Of a DNA stretch of 32,000 nt, positions 9,739 to 18,892 are shown one piece after another. Source of the DNA: Opitutales bacterium (lineage in GTDB: Bacteria; Verrucomicrobiota; Verrucomicrobiia; Opitutales; UBA9783); assembly GCA_046881885.1 (NCBI GenBank), contig JBKSMP010000018.1, positions 1-32,000 on the forward strand. Direction: 5' to 3'. A program made the translations under genes and the position numbers. Position 1 is the stretch's first letter; each line of letters starts with the position of its first letter. A model generated the notes under the pieces. That model was not told the origin of the DNA. It worked only from the letters and a program-made list of their open reading frames with translations, and made no database searches.

Positions 9739-10368
9739 TCACAATTGCATGAACCAGTAGCTCAATTGCAGAAAACTAACAACAATAAAATTCATAAATG
9801 TTAAGAGGAGGGCACGAACAAGAGGGATGTTGATAAGGATTATTAAGATAAAAAAGCTCCATCGTTCTATAAACTCTACAGTTTCATCCGACAGTCGCAA
9901 GCTATAACGCAAAAGCATAAAACTATCCAATCCTGGAAGCGGCAAACAATTAAAAGCGATAAACAAAGCATTTATTTCGAGTAGTTCGTAAGCAATCATG
10001 CGGTAGTTCGGTAGAAAAGCTAGTACAAGACTTGCAATAAAACATAGGAGTAAATTACCAATCAAGCCTGCACTATTTACGAGTATTTCCCCCCAACGTT
10101 TATGTTTAAAGTAAGAAGAATTGATAGGAATAGACTTTCCCCAGCCCAAAAAAACTCCTAAAGTTAAAAAACTACACAACAGAGGAAAGATAATGGTACC
10201 GAACAAATCGATATGAACGATCGGATTGAGAGATACCCGACCTGCTCTTCTGAGATTAGGATCACCCAATTTATCGGCCATCCACGCATGCCCCCAGTGA
10301 TGCAGTGTCAAGCTGATAAGAAAAAGCAAGAAATATAATAAATACTTAGCGATTTGTGAAATTTCCAT
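9739..10368 (-). CDS. site-2-protease (peptidase M50)-like polytopic membrane protein with HHxxH in place of HExxH
   Basis: The N-terminus ...LTLHHWGHAWMADKLGDPNLRRAGRVSLNPIVHIDLFGT matches the short M50/COG1994 family pattern (HE..HA..A..LGD....GR..LNP..H.D..G). The second metal-ligand motif NCLPLPGLDS is present. The protein is multi-TM. Confidence 0.8.
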   Translation of the reverse strand: MEISQIAKYLLYFLLFLISLTLHHWGHAWMADKLGDPNLRRAGRVSLNPIVHIDLFGTIIFPLLCSFLTLGVFLGWGKSIPINSSYFKHKRWGEILVNSAGLIGNLLLCFIASLVLAFLPNYRMIAYELLEINALFIAFNCLPLPGLDSFMLLRYSLRLSDETVEFIERWSFFILIILINIPLVRALLLTFMNFIVVSFLQLSYWFMQL

Positions 10369-10786
10369 AAAAAGATCGTGTACAAACAGGTTTTGATAAA
10401 ATAATGTGCCACTTCATACCTTCCCGTAAAGTACTGGGTGCACATTTAGGTTTAGAGGGCTTAATTTTGGGGAGAATGGGCTGTTTTTCAATTACTTGCG
10501 GCTCACATTCATAAACAGGCTGTTCATATACAGGTAAAGGATGCTTGTACGCAGAAAATTCCTTCCGTTTGGTTTCCCAAAAAGGATTTGGCTCAATTGT
10601 TTCAACATGGGTATGGGCCTCATCAAGATCCGTTCCGCTTCGTTTACGCTTAAGCGCTTCGATTTTTTTGCGAACCAATTCTGCTTGATCATCCGTTTCT
10701 TCATCTAAAGGGTTCATTTTCGTTTTTTTAGATAAAAAACTAATACCCAAAAAGATTAGAAGAAATAGGATGTCTTGAAAGTCCAT
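10346..10786 (-). CDS. hypothetical single-pass membrane protein (146 aa), Pro/Glu/Lys-rich
   Basis: ATG lies 6 nt after the floA stop, and the 3' end overlaps the M50-like gene by 23 nt. There is an N-terminal TM segment (ILFLLIFLGISFL). I recognise no domain. Confidence 0.6.
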   Translation of the reverse strand: MDFQDILFLLIFLGISFLSKKTKMNPLDEETDDQAELVRKKIEALKRKRSGTDLDEAHTHVETIEPNPFWETKRKEFSAYKHPLPVYEQPVYECEPQVIEKQPILPKIKPSKPKCAPSTLREGMKWHIILSKPVCTRSFYGNFTNR

Positions 10787-10792
10787 AAACGA

Positions 10793-11782
10793 TTATTCTT
10801 TCGACAATTGTTCGCGCATAGCCGTATCAGCTTTCAAATTTTCCAATTTGTAATAATCAATAACGCCCAATTGCCCTTTTTTGAAAGCTTCAGCAAGTGC
10901 CAATGGAACAGCCGCCTGTGCTTCAACAACCTTGGCTTGCATTTCTTCAACTTTAGCCTTCATTTCTTGTTCCAAAGCAACCGCACTTGCACGACGAATT
11001 TCTGCTTGAGCCTGTGCCATATTTTTATTGGCTTCCGCTTGAGAAACTTGCAATTTTGCACCTACGTTTTCCCCAATATCGATATCCGCAATATCGATCG
11101 AAAGAATTTCATAAGCAGTTCCAACATCTAAACCACGATTGAGAACGACTTTGGAAATTTGATCGGGATTTTCTAATACCTGCTTATAGGTTTCAGCGGA
11201 ACCAATGGTTGCAACAATGCCTTCACCCACACGTGCAATAATCGTATCTTCCTGTGCGCCGCCTACAAAACGGTCCAAATTGGTGCGAACGGTTACACGT
11301 GCTCGTACTTTAACTTGAATGCCATCTTTTGCAACCCCATCTATCGTGTTTTTGTTTTGATCGGATTTGGGACAATCAATAACTTTAGGGTTAACAGACG
11401 TGTGCACTGCTTCAATTACGGTTTTTCCGGTACCTTTTGTTGCTAAATCAATTGCGCATGCACGTCCAAACGTTAATTCAATACCAGCTTTCTCAGCTGC
11501 AATTAAAGCCTGCACCGTTTGTGCCAGATTGCCTTCTGCCAAATAATGGGCTTCAAGCTCATCTACGGAAAGTTCAAGCCCTGCTTTTGCTGCCGTAATC
11601 TTACAGTCTACAATTAATCCATAAGGGACTTTTCGCAAACGCATTGCAATTAAATTGGGAATACTTACATAGGCCCCAGCTAACCAAGCTCTTAACCATA
11701 CATTAAAGAAGGAAAAAACAATCCCTAAAACAATGATCGCTAAAAAACCAAAGAATATTAAAAATAAATTTACACCCTGCAT
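10793..11782 (-). CDS. floA: flotillin-like protein FloA (SPFH family, UPF0365)
   Basis: Near-collinear with B. subtilis FloA/YqfA as I remember it (MRLR..P....V...[60 protein letters not shown]). Start set at ATG 11782 (MQGVNLF...). The track's 11818 start is a TTG. Confidence 0.9.
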   Translation of the reverse strand: MQGVNLFLIFFGFLAIIVLGIVFSFFNVWLRAWLAGAYVSIPNLIAMRLRKVPYGLIVDCKITAAKAGLELSVDELEAHYLAEGNLAQTVQALIAAEKAGIELTFGRACAIDLATKGTGKTVIEAVHTSVNPKVIDCPKSDQNKNTIDGVAKDGIQVKVRARVTVRTNLDRFVGGAQEDTIIARVGEGIVATIGSAETYKQVLENPDQISKVVLNRGLDVGTAYEILSIDIADIDIGENVGAKLQVSQAEANKNMAQAQAEIRRASAVALEQEMKAKVEEMQAKVVEAQAAVPLALAEAFKKGQLGVIDYYKLENLKADTAMREQLSKE

Positions 11783-11919
11783 ATTTTTAAATCTACAAGA
11801 GCTGACATCCAACTTCAAGCTCTTTTTTATAGCTTTTTAAGCTTTTGGAAAACTTAATATTTTACCAATTTAAAACATTGTACTTTAGACAAAAGTTGCT
11901 ATAGTTTTTATTAAGTAAT

Positions 11920-13626
11920 ATGGATTGGGCATCATTTTTTTTGAATATTTGGGCAATTTTTTGGATGATAGTCTTCTTTGGTGGGTCTATTTTTATTCAC
12001 GAATTAGGACATTTTTTAATGGCGAAAAAACGTGGATTAAAAGTTCCTAAGTTTTCTATAGGATTTGGCCCTAAATTGTATTCTTGGAAACGCGGAGAAA
12101 CGGAATACTGCATTTCTTTATTGCCATTAGGGGGATATGTAGCCTTGCCTGAGATGGGGGAAATCCCGATTTTGGAAGGAAAACCGTCTAAAAATTCAAA
12201 ACCTTTGTCCTTCATGGATAAATTCTTAGTAGCGGTTATGGGCGCCGTTTTTAATGTGCTTTTTGCTTTTGTACTTGCTTGTATTTTATGGGCAACCGGT
12301 TTACGTGTTCCAGAAGAAGATTGCGAGACAACCATTGGTTACATTTTGCAAGAACATGAAGGCAAGGTAACTCCAGCAATTCAAGCAGGTTTACGCCAAG
12401 GGGATAAAATTTTAGCCGTAGATGATGTAGCGGTTAAAAGTTTTTCAGAAATAGAAAAAGCAATTATTTTAGGCAAGGGCCGAAATGGACATCATCAGCC
12501 ACAAGCCAAAATTACGTTTTTACGTGATCAAGAAGTGCATACGGCCTATCTTGATCTGATGATGCTCAAAACGAATCCTTTGACGGGTGACGAAATCCGT
12601 TTTAGTGGTATTTTAGCACCTAAACAAAAACTTTATGTAGAAAGCTTTGAACGGAATTCATCGGCAGAAAAAAGTGGTTTAAAAGTAGGTGATCAGATTT
12701 TAAAACTCAATGATCAAGCCTTGTTTTCTTTTATGGATCTTCGTGAGTTTTTACAAAAATATGAACCTCAACAAGTAAATCTTACGGTTTTGCGTGAAGG
12801 AAAAAGCTTTGACATCATCTGTGACACTCAAAATCTAGCTAATTATCGCTCGTGGCTTCATTATGGGACCGATGAACAATTTATTGATTTTTATCAGAAA
12901 GAATCGGACATAAAAATCCTAGAAGTACGTGGTCAACATTTTAACACACTGCCTGAGGATGGAAGGGTCCTGTCGTGCAATGGCGTTACAATCATGCATT
13001 TAGAACAGTTACATCAATTACTAAATCAGTGCAAAGAACGTACGCTTATGTTTGAAATTGAACACAAAACTAAGCAATTAATTGTTGTTCCCCATAAAGC
13101 AGGACCAATTGAATATCATCCTGAAGAACGGATTACACGCTTAGGAATCCTTTTTGGTCAACGTTATGTTTTAAAGCACGACAATCCCTTTGTACAATTT
13201 AAACAGGCCATTCAGTCGACTGTTGAGACCCTAAGTTGCCTTGTTAATAAAAACTCCGATATAAAAATGCAGCATTTAATGGGCGCACCCGGAATTATGC
13301 GCTTGCTTCATCGCTTTTCTATCGATGATTTCAGACGGCTGCTATGGTTTATCGTTTTATTAAATATTAACCTCGCTATCCTCAATTTGTTGCCCATCCC
13401 CGTTTTAGATGGAGGACATATCCTGTTTGCACTTATCGAAAAAATCCTACGTAGACCCTTACCCTTTACTTGGGTTAATGCGATACAAAATGTCTTTGTT
13501 ATCTTATTCTTGGGACTTATGTCTTATGTTATGTTTTTCGATATTCGTCGTTGGCAAGGAGATATTAAATCAGATAGCGCTCAACAACGTATGCAAAAAC
13601 TTATTATCCCCATAGAAACGCAATAA
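11920..13626 (+). CDS. rseP: RIP metalloprotease RseP (peptidase M50 with PDZ region)
   Basis: Canonical HELGHFLMAKKRG at the N-terminus and NLLPIPVLDGGH at the C-terminus, with PDZ-like segments (GDKILAVDD, GDQILKLND) in between. At 568 aa it has a longer central region than the about 450-aa E. coli enzyme. Confidence 0.9.
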   Translation: MDWASFFLNIWAIFWMIVFFGGSIFIHELGHFLMAKKRGLKVPKFSIGFGPKLYSWKRGETEYCISLLPLGGYVALPEMGEIPILEGKPSKNSKPLSFMDKFLVAVMGAVFNVLFAFVLACILWATGLRVPEEDCETTIGYILQEHEGKVTPAIQAGLRQGDKILAVDDVAVKSFSEIEKAIILGKGRNGHHQPQAKITFLRDQEVHTAYLDLMMLKTNPLTGDEIRFSGILAPKQKLYVESFERNSSAEKSGLKVGDQILKLNDQALFSFMDLREFLQKYEPQQVNLTVLREGKSFDIICDTQNLANYRSWLHYGTDEQFIDFYQKESDIKILEVRGQHFNTLPEDGRVLSCNGVTIMHLEQLHQLLNQCKERTLMFEIEHKTKQLIVVPHKAGPIEYHPEERITRLGILFGQRYVLKHDNPFVQFKQAIQSTVETLSCLVNKNSDIKMQHLMGAPGIMRLLHRFSIDDFRRLLWFIVLLNINLAILNLLPIPVLDGGHILFALIEKILRRPLPFTWVNAIQNVFVILFLGLMSYVMFFDIRRWQGDIKSDSAQQRMQKLIIPIETQ

Positions 13627-13653
13627 ACAGAATATTAAAAAAGCTTCCTCTTG

Positions 13654-14535
13654 CTATTTAGCACGTAAATGGTACTTGTCATAAGTTTCTCGAAGCTGAG
13701 TGGCGTCAAGATGGGTATAAATCTGTGTTGTAGAAATATCGCTGTGTCCCAACATCGTTTGAATACTACGCAAATCAGCACCATTACAAAGTAAATGCGT
13801 GGCAAAGGTATGCCTTAAAAGGTGTGGCGAAACATTTGTAGGGATACCAACCGCTTGTGCATATTGCTTCAAATGCACCCAGAAAGTTTTTCGAGAAATC
13901 GGCTTCCCTACCCTACTGAGAAAAACAAAATTGCCACTATTTTTTTTCTGCAATTTGGGTCGTGCATGCACTAAATAAAATGTAAGGTGTTCTTTAGCGA
14001 CAGAACCTATCGGCACTAAACGTTCTTTGCTTCCTTTTCCATAAATTTTTAAAAAATTCTCCTCTAGGAACAGGTTTTGCAAAAGCAACTTACAAACCTC
14101 TGAAACACGCAGACCACAACTATACATAAGCGAAATCATAGCCCGATCGCGTATACCTTGTGGCGTCGAAAGAAGCGTACTATGTTGCAAATTCTCAATA
14201 GCATTCAAAGATAAGGTTTGCGGCAGTTTACGTTTAATACGCGGGTAAAACGCGGCATTTAACGGACTACTTTCCAACTGTTTCTGCTTAATAAGATACT
14301 CAAAAAACCGCTTTACACTCGTAAATTTTCGTGCACGCGAACTGGGTTTTAAGTTCAATAAATGATTCTGCCAGGTTTCGATTTGCTCTTTTGAAACCTT
14401 TAAATTGGCTGCTTGTGATACCTGGATAAATTGCTCCAAATCGTAACGGTAAGACTGCAAGGTATTTTGAGATAAGCCACATTCGAGATCCAAATGGGAT
14501 AAAAAAGATTCAAGACAGCTTCTGATTTCAGGCAT
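13654..14535 (-). CDS. tyrosine recombinase, XerC/XerD family
   Basis: LLRHTFATHLL...GADLRSIQTMLGHSDISTTQIYTHL gives the R-H-R-Y catalytic set. Start set at ATG 14535 (MPEIRSCLESFL...), which overlaps the upstream transporter stop (ATGCCTGA). The track's 14679 start would overlap that gene by 150 nt. Confidence 0.88.
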   Translation of the reverse strand: MPEIRSCLESFLSHLDLECGLSQNTLQSYRYDLEQFIQVSQAANLKVSKEQIETWQNHLLNLKPSSRARKFTSVKRFFEYLIKQKQLESSPLNAAFYPRIKRKLPQTLSLNAIENLQHSTLLSTPQGIRDRAMISLMYSCGLRVSEVCKLLLQNLFLEENFLKIYGKGSKERLVPIGSVAKEHLTFYLVHARPKLQKKNSGNFVFLSRVGKPISRKTFWVHLKQYAQAVGIPTNVSPHLLRHTFATHLLCNGADLRSIQTMLGHSDISTTQIYTHLDATQLRETYDKYHLRAK

Positions 14536-15823
14536 GTGGATAGGCAGTCTTTTCTCCCTCACTGCGTGCAATAATGACGGTTCCACAGGTATCATTGAAG
14601 ACATTGATTGCCGTCCGGAACATGTCCAAAATACGTTCCACGACCCAAATAACACCAATCGATTCAATTGGAAGCCCAACAGAACTCAATATCATCGTAA
14701 TTGCGATCAAGCCAGAGGCCGGAATACCTGCCACGCCAACCGAAGTTAACAAGGCCATCAACACCACCATCACTTGATTCAAAACACCAAATTGAATTCC
14801 CTGAGTTACTTGATAAAGTTGCGCAATAAAAATAACCACGACGCATTCATAAAGAGCCGTTCCGCACATATTAATGGTAACTCCTAAAGGCAAAGTAAAT
14901 CGCGCGGTTTTGGAAGAAACCTGTGCTACGGATTCAATTTTCTCAAGTGCCAATGGCAATGAAGCTGCCGAAGAAGCTGTCGAAAATGCCATTAAAGTAA
15001 CAGGAAACATTGCTTTATAATGTGCTAGCGGCTTAATTCTACCAACAAATCGTAAGAGTAAATAGAGAAAAATAAAATAATAAATCCCGAAACCTAAAAC
15101 AATTGTCGCTACAAAATATAAAAGCGGACGAATCAAATCTAGACCGGCATTAAGCAAAATTGGCGTTACCAAGCCAAAAACTCCTAAAGGTGAAAAGACA
15201 ATAATAATACGTGTAATATTTCGGGTAATTTGCTGAATACCTTCCCACAACTCCCATTGTATTTTTCTTAAATTTTGCGGCAAACGACCAATATAAAACC
15301 CAAATAAAAGACTAAAGGTAATGAGCCCCAAAATCTGTGCATTATCAGTAGCGGCTTCTAAGATATTAGGTGGTAATAAACGCAAGAAAAATTCAGAAAT
15401 TTTCGATCCTTCCGCATTGCCTAAACTTACAAAATTTTCTGGAAGCACATTCGCTTGCCCCAGAATTTTGGCTGCCAATTCCGGATTTGTATGGCCTGGT
15501 TTTAAAAAGTTTACAACCCCTAAGCCAATCGTTACTGCAACACAGCAACTCAAAAAATAAAACAAAAAGGTTTTTAGTCCTAAACGGCGAAATTCTGTTT
15601 GCGAGCCAAACCCCATAATTCCACAAATGATCGAAGATGTAATTAAAGGAACAACGAGCATTTTTAACCCGTTCATGAAAATTTTGCCCATTAATTCGCA
15701 AATCTGTATAAACACTTGCGTAAATGATGAATCAACCCAATCAAATGAACGAATACAACAAACAACGCTTACGCTTGCCACTAAAGCGCCAACAACACCC
15801 CAACGCTGAATATGTTTTTTCAT
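14528..15823 (-). CDS. dicarboxylate/amino acid:cation symporter (DAACS/GltP-type)
   Basis: 431 aa and polytopic. Contains the family motif AFSTASSAASLP and a typical C-terminal re-entrant loop region (GIPASGLIAITMIL). Confidence 0.87.
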   Translation of the reverse strand: MKKHIQRWGVVGALVASVSVVCCIRSFDWVDSSFTQVFIQICELMGKIFMNGLKMLVVPLITSSIICGIMGFGSQTEFRRLGLKTFLFYFLSCCVAVTIGLGVVNFLKPGHTNPELAAKILGQANVLPENFVSLGNAEGSKISEFFLRLLPPNILEAATDNAQILGLITFSLLFGFYIGRLPQNLRKIQWELWEGIQQITRNITRIIIVFSPLGVFGLVTPILLNAGLDLIRPLLYFVATIVLGFGIYYFIFLYLLLRFVGRIKPLAHYKAMFPVTLMAFSTASSAASLPLALEKIESVAQVSSKTARFTLPLGVTINMCGTALYECVVVIFIAQLYQVTQGIQFGVLNQVMVVLMALLTSVGVAGIPASGLIAITMILSSVGLPIESIGVIWVVERILDMFRTAINVFNDTCGTVIIARSEGEKTAYPHA

Positions 15824-17043
15824 TAATATAATCGTTTGGGCTTAATTTTTCTTTGTTCAATAGCCCCTATACAAGCACAAAGCGCCATTAAATAAAAAGA
15901 TTGTGCGATTGTTGTACGAAAAAAACAATCACAACACCCTGCCATAATAAAAGTAATATTTAAACAAATTCCCTGCATCAAAAGACAAAAATCCACTTTT
16001 CGATTTTTAATCAAATAAACAAGAATCCATCCAAACCACAAGCATACTGCCATAAATCCTAAACTACCCCATTGGACTAACCAAAATAACCATTCGTTAT
16101 GTGGATGGGCCGTACGTACAACCCTTGGATTCCCTTTTTCATATGAAAAACCATAACCTATATAAGTCATTCCATGTTGCTTTAATTCATGCCCAAAACT
16201 ACCTGTTCCGTGCCCAACCATCGGCTTTTCTTGGATTAAAGTAAAACAATTTTTCATCATTTCTACACGATATGAAACAGAACCACTTTTCGTTAAATTT
16301 GTTATTCCGTTTGTTATTCCGAAACGCTGCATCAATACGCTAGGTCTATACAAAGCAAATAAAAGGATACCTGAAACCGATATAAAGACAAGTATTAATA
16401 TTTTACGTAAATGAGCTTTACTCAAGGCTACGGTAAAGGCTACGGTAAAGGCTAAAGGACCTGTTTTTTCAGGATTTATACACAACAAAAAGTATAGGAA
16501 AAAAGAAAACCAAACCCAAGGAAAAAGTTTTGTAGATTTTTTTGAATAAAATAATAGATTCAAGGCAAAAAGCGAACAACAAGCCACAAATACACTTGCT
16601 GGTATTGGATTTACAAGACGTATTGTCACATTACCCATAGCAAAATCACCAATAAAATAATACCATAAACAGTAAGCAAGTGTTGCTAAACAAAAACAAT
16701 GGATAAACTTACGTGGCAACAATTTGTTATAAATAAAAGCTGGAATAAGTAAAATTATAGATAAAAATCGGACATATTTTCCAAAAATAAACCAACGGAC
16801 ACTTTGTGGAGCTTCACAATAGAATACACCAGCAAAAGCAATAACAACAATAAATACCGCCCCAAGTCCTATTTTATTTGATTTAAAAAATTGTTTAAAT
16901 ACAGATCTAAAGCTTGTAGTATTACAAAGTTGAAAAAGCGCGACACTTAAAAAACCACCATAACTAATGTAACATAATGCTTCTGAAAAAAAGCAGCCAA
17001 TACTGTAACCTACTAAAAAAATTGTATATAAAATATTCATCAT
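15823..17043 (-). CDS. O-antigen ligase / Wzy-like polytopic membrane protein
   Basis: 406 aa with 10 or more hydrophobic segments and a periplasmic-loop HGTGSFGHE...AHPHNEW motif typical of the O-antigen ligase (Wzy_C) family. Its stop overlaps the next start (TAATG). Confidence 0.78.
   Translation of the reverse strand: MMNILYTIFLVGYSIGCFFSEALCYISYGGFLSVALFQLCNTTSFRSVFKQFFKSNKIGLGAVFIVVIAFAGVFYCEAPQSVRWFIFGKYVRFLSIILLIPAFIYNKLLPRKFIHCFCLATLAYCLWYYFIGDFAMGNVTIRLVNPIPASVFVACCSLFALNLLFYSKKSTKLFPWVWFSFFLYFLLCINPEKTGPLAFTVAFTVALSKAHLRKILILVFISVSGILLFALYRPSVLMQRFGITNGITNLTKSGSVSYRVEMMKNCFTLIQEKPMVGHGTGSFGHELKQHGMTYIGYGFSYEKGNPRVVRTAHPHNEWLFWLVQWGSLGFMAVCLWFGWILVYLIKNRKVDFCLLMQGICLNITFIMAGCCDCFFRTTIAQSFYLMALCACIGAIEQRKIKPKRLY
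16426..16449. repeat. perfect 12-bp tandem duplication (ggctacggtaaa x2) inside the Wzy-like CDS
   Basis: The duplication encodes FTVA-FTVA and is in-frame. Confidence 0.9.
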
Positions 17044-17159
17044 TTGTTTTTCCTAAAATAATTTTTAATACCCCCAACCATTGTTGCTGCAGCGTGACGT
17101 ACATAACGGTCATCACATGCTAGGACAATGACAATAGAATCTTTTGTTTCAGGCACGGC

Positions 17160-18623
17160 TTATTTCAAAGTTGGATAAAGTAAAGTATCACGAATGTTAT
17201 CCGCTTCGGTTAATAAGATGCAAAGACGATCGATACCGATACCCATTCCACCAGCTGGAGGCATACCGTATTCCAAAGCGGTTAGAAACTCATTATCGAC
17301 TTTTTGGATCTCTTCGCCAGCCTGCAATTCGAACATCTGTCGTTGCACGAATGGATCGTTTTGCTCAGAATAGGCCGGAGCGATTTCTTGGCCGTTAATA
17401 TAAAGTTCAAAGACATCGATATAGCGATCATCCTTTTCATTAATCTTAGCCAATGGACATAGCTCTTTAGGCAATTGTGTTACAAATGTCGGCTGAATAA
17501 GCTTGATTGCGATACATTTTTCAAAAACATTATTGGTAATTTCGTAATCCTCAGCTTCCGGATTGACTTCAAGGCCTAAGGCCTCGCAACGCTTTAATTT
17601 TTCTTCACGAGAACGCGAAAACCAATCCTTATCGCCTGTTGCTTCAAAGATACAATCGGTATAAGTAACTTCTCGCCATTGACAACCTAATTCGATCGTT
17701 TGACCGGTATAACTTGTTAAGGTTGTTTTACCAATAACTGTTTTGCAGAGGTACTGAATTAGATCGTAAACCAACTGCATCATACCACGATAATCGCTAT
17801 AGGCCTGATACAATTCAATCATGGTAAATTCGGGGTTATGGCGACGAGAAATGCCCTCATTACGGAAATTACGACCGATTTCAAAGACACGATCATAACC
17901 ACCAATAAGCATCCTCTTTAGATATAATTCTAAAGAAATACGCAAGAAGAAATCACGATCCAAAGCATTCATGTGCGTTGTAAACGGTCTTGCGGCTGCT
18001 CCACCTGCAACATCTTGAAGCATAGGGGTTTCAACCTCAACGAAATCTCTTCCCCACAAAAACTCACGAATGCCTTTGATAATATTCGAGCGTTTAAAGA
18101 AACGTTCACGAGATTCCGGATTAACAATCAAATCGAGGTAACGTTGACGATAAATCGTATCCGGATTGCTAAGACCATGGAACTTATCGGGCAAAGAACG
18201 GAAAGATTTGGAAACTAAAGTAACTTTTTTAGCACGTACGGTAATTTCTCCCGTAGAGGTTCTAAAAACCTCCCCTTCTACTCCAATAAAATCTCCAATA
18301 TCTAGCTTTTTAAAGGCGTTGTACGCTTCTTTACCAATACCTGTGTCTTCGTTATTCGTAACGTAAACTTGCAGTGTACCTTTTTGATCCAAAAGCTTTA
18401 AAAATGAAGCCTTACCCATTAAGCGGAAAGTAACAATACGTCCAGCAATAGCGACATCATTTAAGGGTTCACCTTTAGCCTCAAGCTCTGGAAACAAATC
18501 TACTATTTGTTGAGTGGTATGCGTCTGTTTACAATTCGCACGAAACGGATTTTTGCCTTCTTGGCACAACTTATCAAATTTTTCCTTACGGATTGCAAAC
18601 AAATCACTTTCGCTCTCACTCAT
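17160..18623 (-). CDS. lysS: lysine--tRNA ligase, class II
   Basis: 487 aa with an OB-fold N-terminal domain and class II core motifs (FRNEGIS.RHNPEFT..E.Y.AY.DY; GMPPAGGMGIGIDRL). Confidence 0.95.
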   Translation of the reverse strand: MSESESDLFAIRKEKFDKLCQEGKNPFRANCKQTHTTQQIVDLFPELEAKGEPLNDVAIAGRIVTFRLMGKASFLKLLDQKGTLQVYVTNNEDTGIGKEAYNAFKKLDIGDFIGVEGEVFRTSTGEITVRAKKVTLVSKSFRSLPDKFHGLSNPDTIYRQRYLDLIVNPESRERFFKRSNIIKGIREFLWGRDFVEVETPMLQDVAGGAAARPFTTHMNALDRDFFLRISLELYLKRMLIGGYDRVFEIGRNFRNEGISRRHNPEFTMIELYQAYSDYRGMMQLVYDLIQYLCKTVIGKTTLTSYTGQTIELGCQWREVTYTDCIFEATGDKDWFSRSREEKLKRCEALGLEVNPEAEDYEITNNVFEKCIAIKLIQPTFVTQLPKELCPLAKINEKDDRYIDVFELYINGQEIAPAYSEQNDPFVQRQMFELQAGEEIQKVDNEFLTALEYGMPPAGGMGIGIDRLCILLTEADNIRDTLLYPTLK

Positions 18624-18892
18624 AGCCCTTTATAAGAAAGCATTTTAAAATCTCTGGCAAGTTAAAAATCCGTATATGTTTGATAACAATTCTATAGCTG
18701 GGAAGTTTTTAGGAAGTCAACAAAAGTTTTTTCAAAACTTTCCTTCAAAGAACTAAATGTTCCGTTTTTCAAAACACTCCATCATTGCATTATAAAAATT
18801 TTCACCTAATTCTTGACATATCTTTTAGGATACAAAGCAAATTATATACCCAAACAAAGATACGATCAAAAAATTTCTCCTCTACAACCTTT

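Noticed and set aside
10775-12335. Antisense ORFs inside floA and rseP (118 aa and 112 aa), and similar ones inside adhE, ugd, the symporter, lysS, priA, hydE and the HTH gene (30655..31053)
   Set aside because: Each lies fully within and opposite to a confidently identified CDS. Their compositions are low-complexity or odd, and none has an independent start signal.
13654-14679. Long N-terminal extensions in the ORF track (xer to 14679, folA to 26763, floA to 11818, hydA to 2455, hydE to 23403)
   Set aside because: The extensions overlap upstream genes by 80-150 nt or begin at TTG. Homolog N-termini, as remembered for E. coli and B. subtilis, align with the internal ATG starts that create short coupling overlaps.
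16426-16458. 12-bp tandem duplication in the Wzy-like gene as a phase-variation tract
   Set aside because: There are only two perfect copies, and the unit length is a multiple of 3, so slippage would not shift the frame. It is most likely a neutral in-frame duplication.
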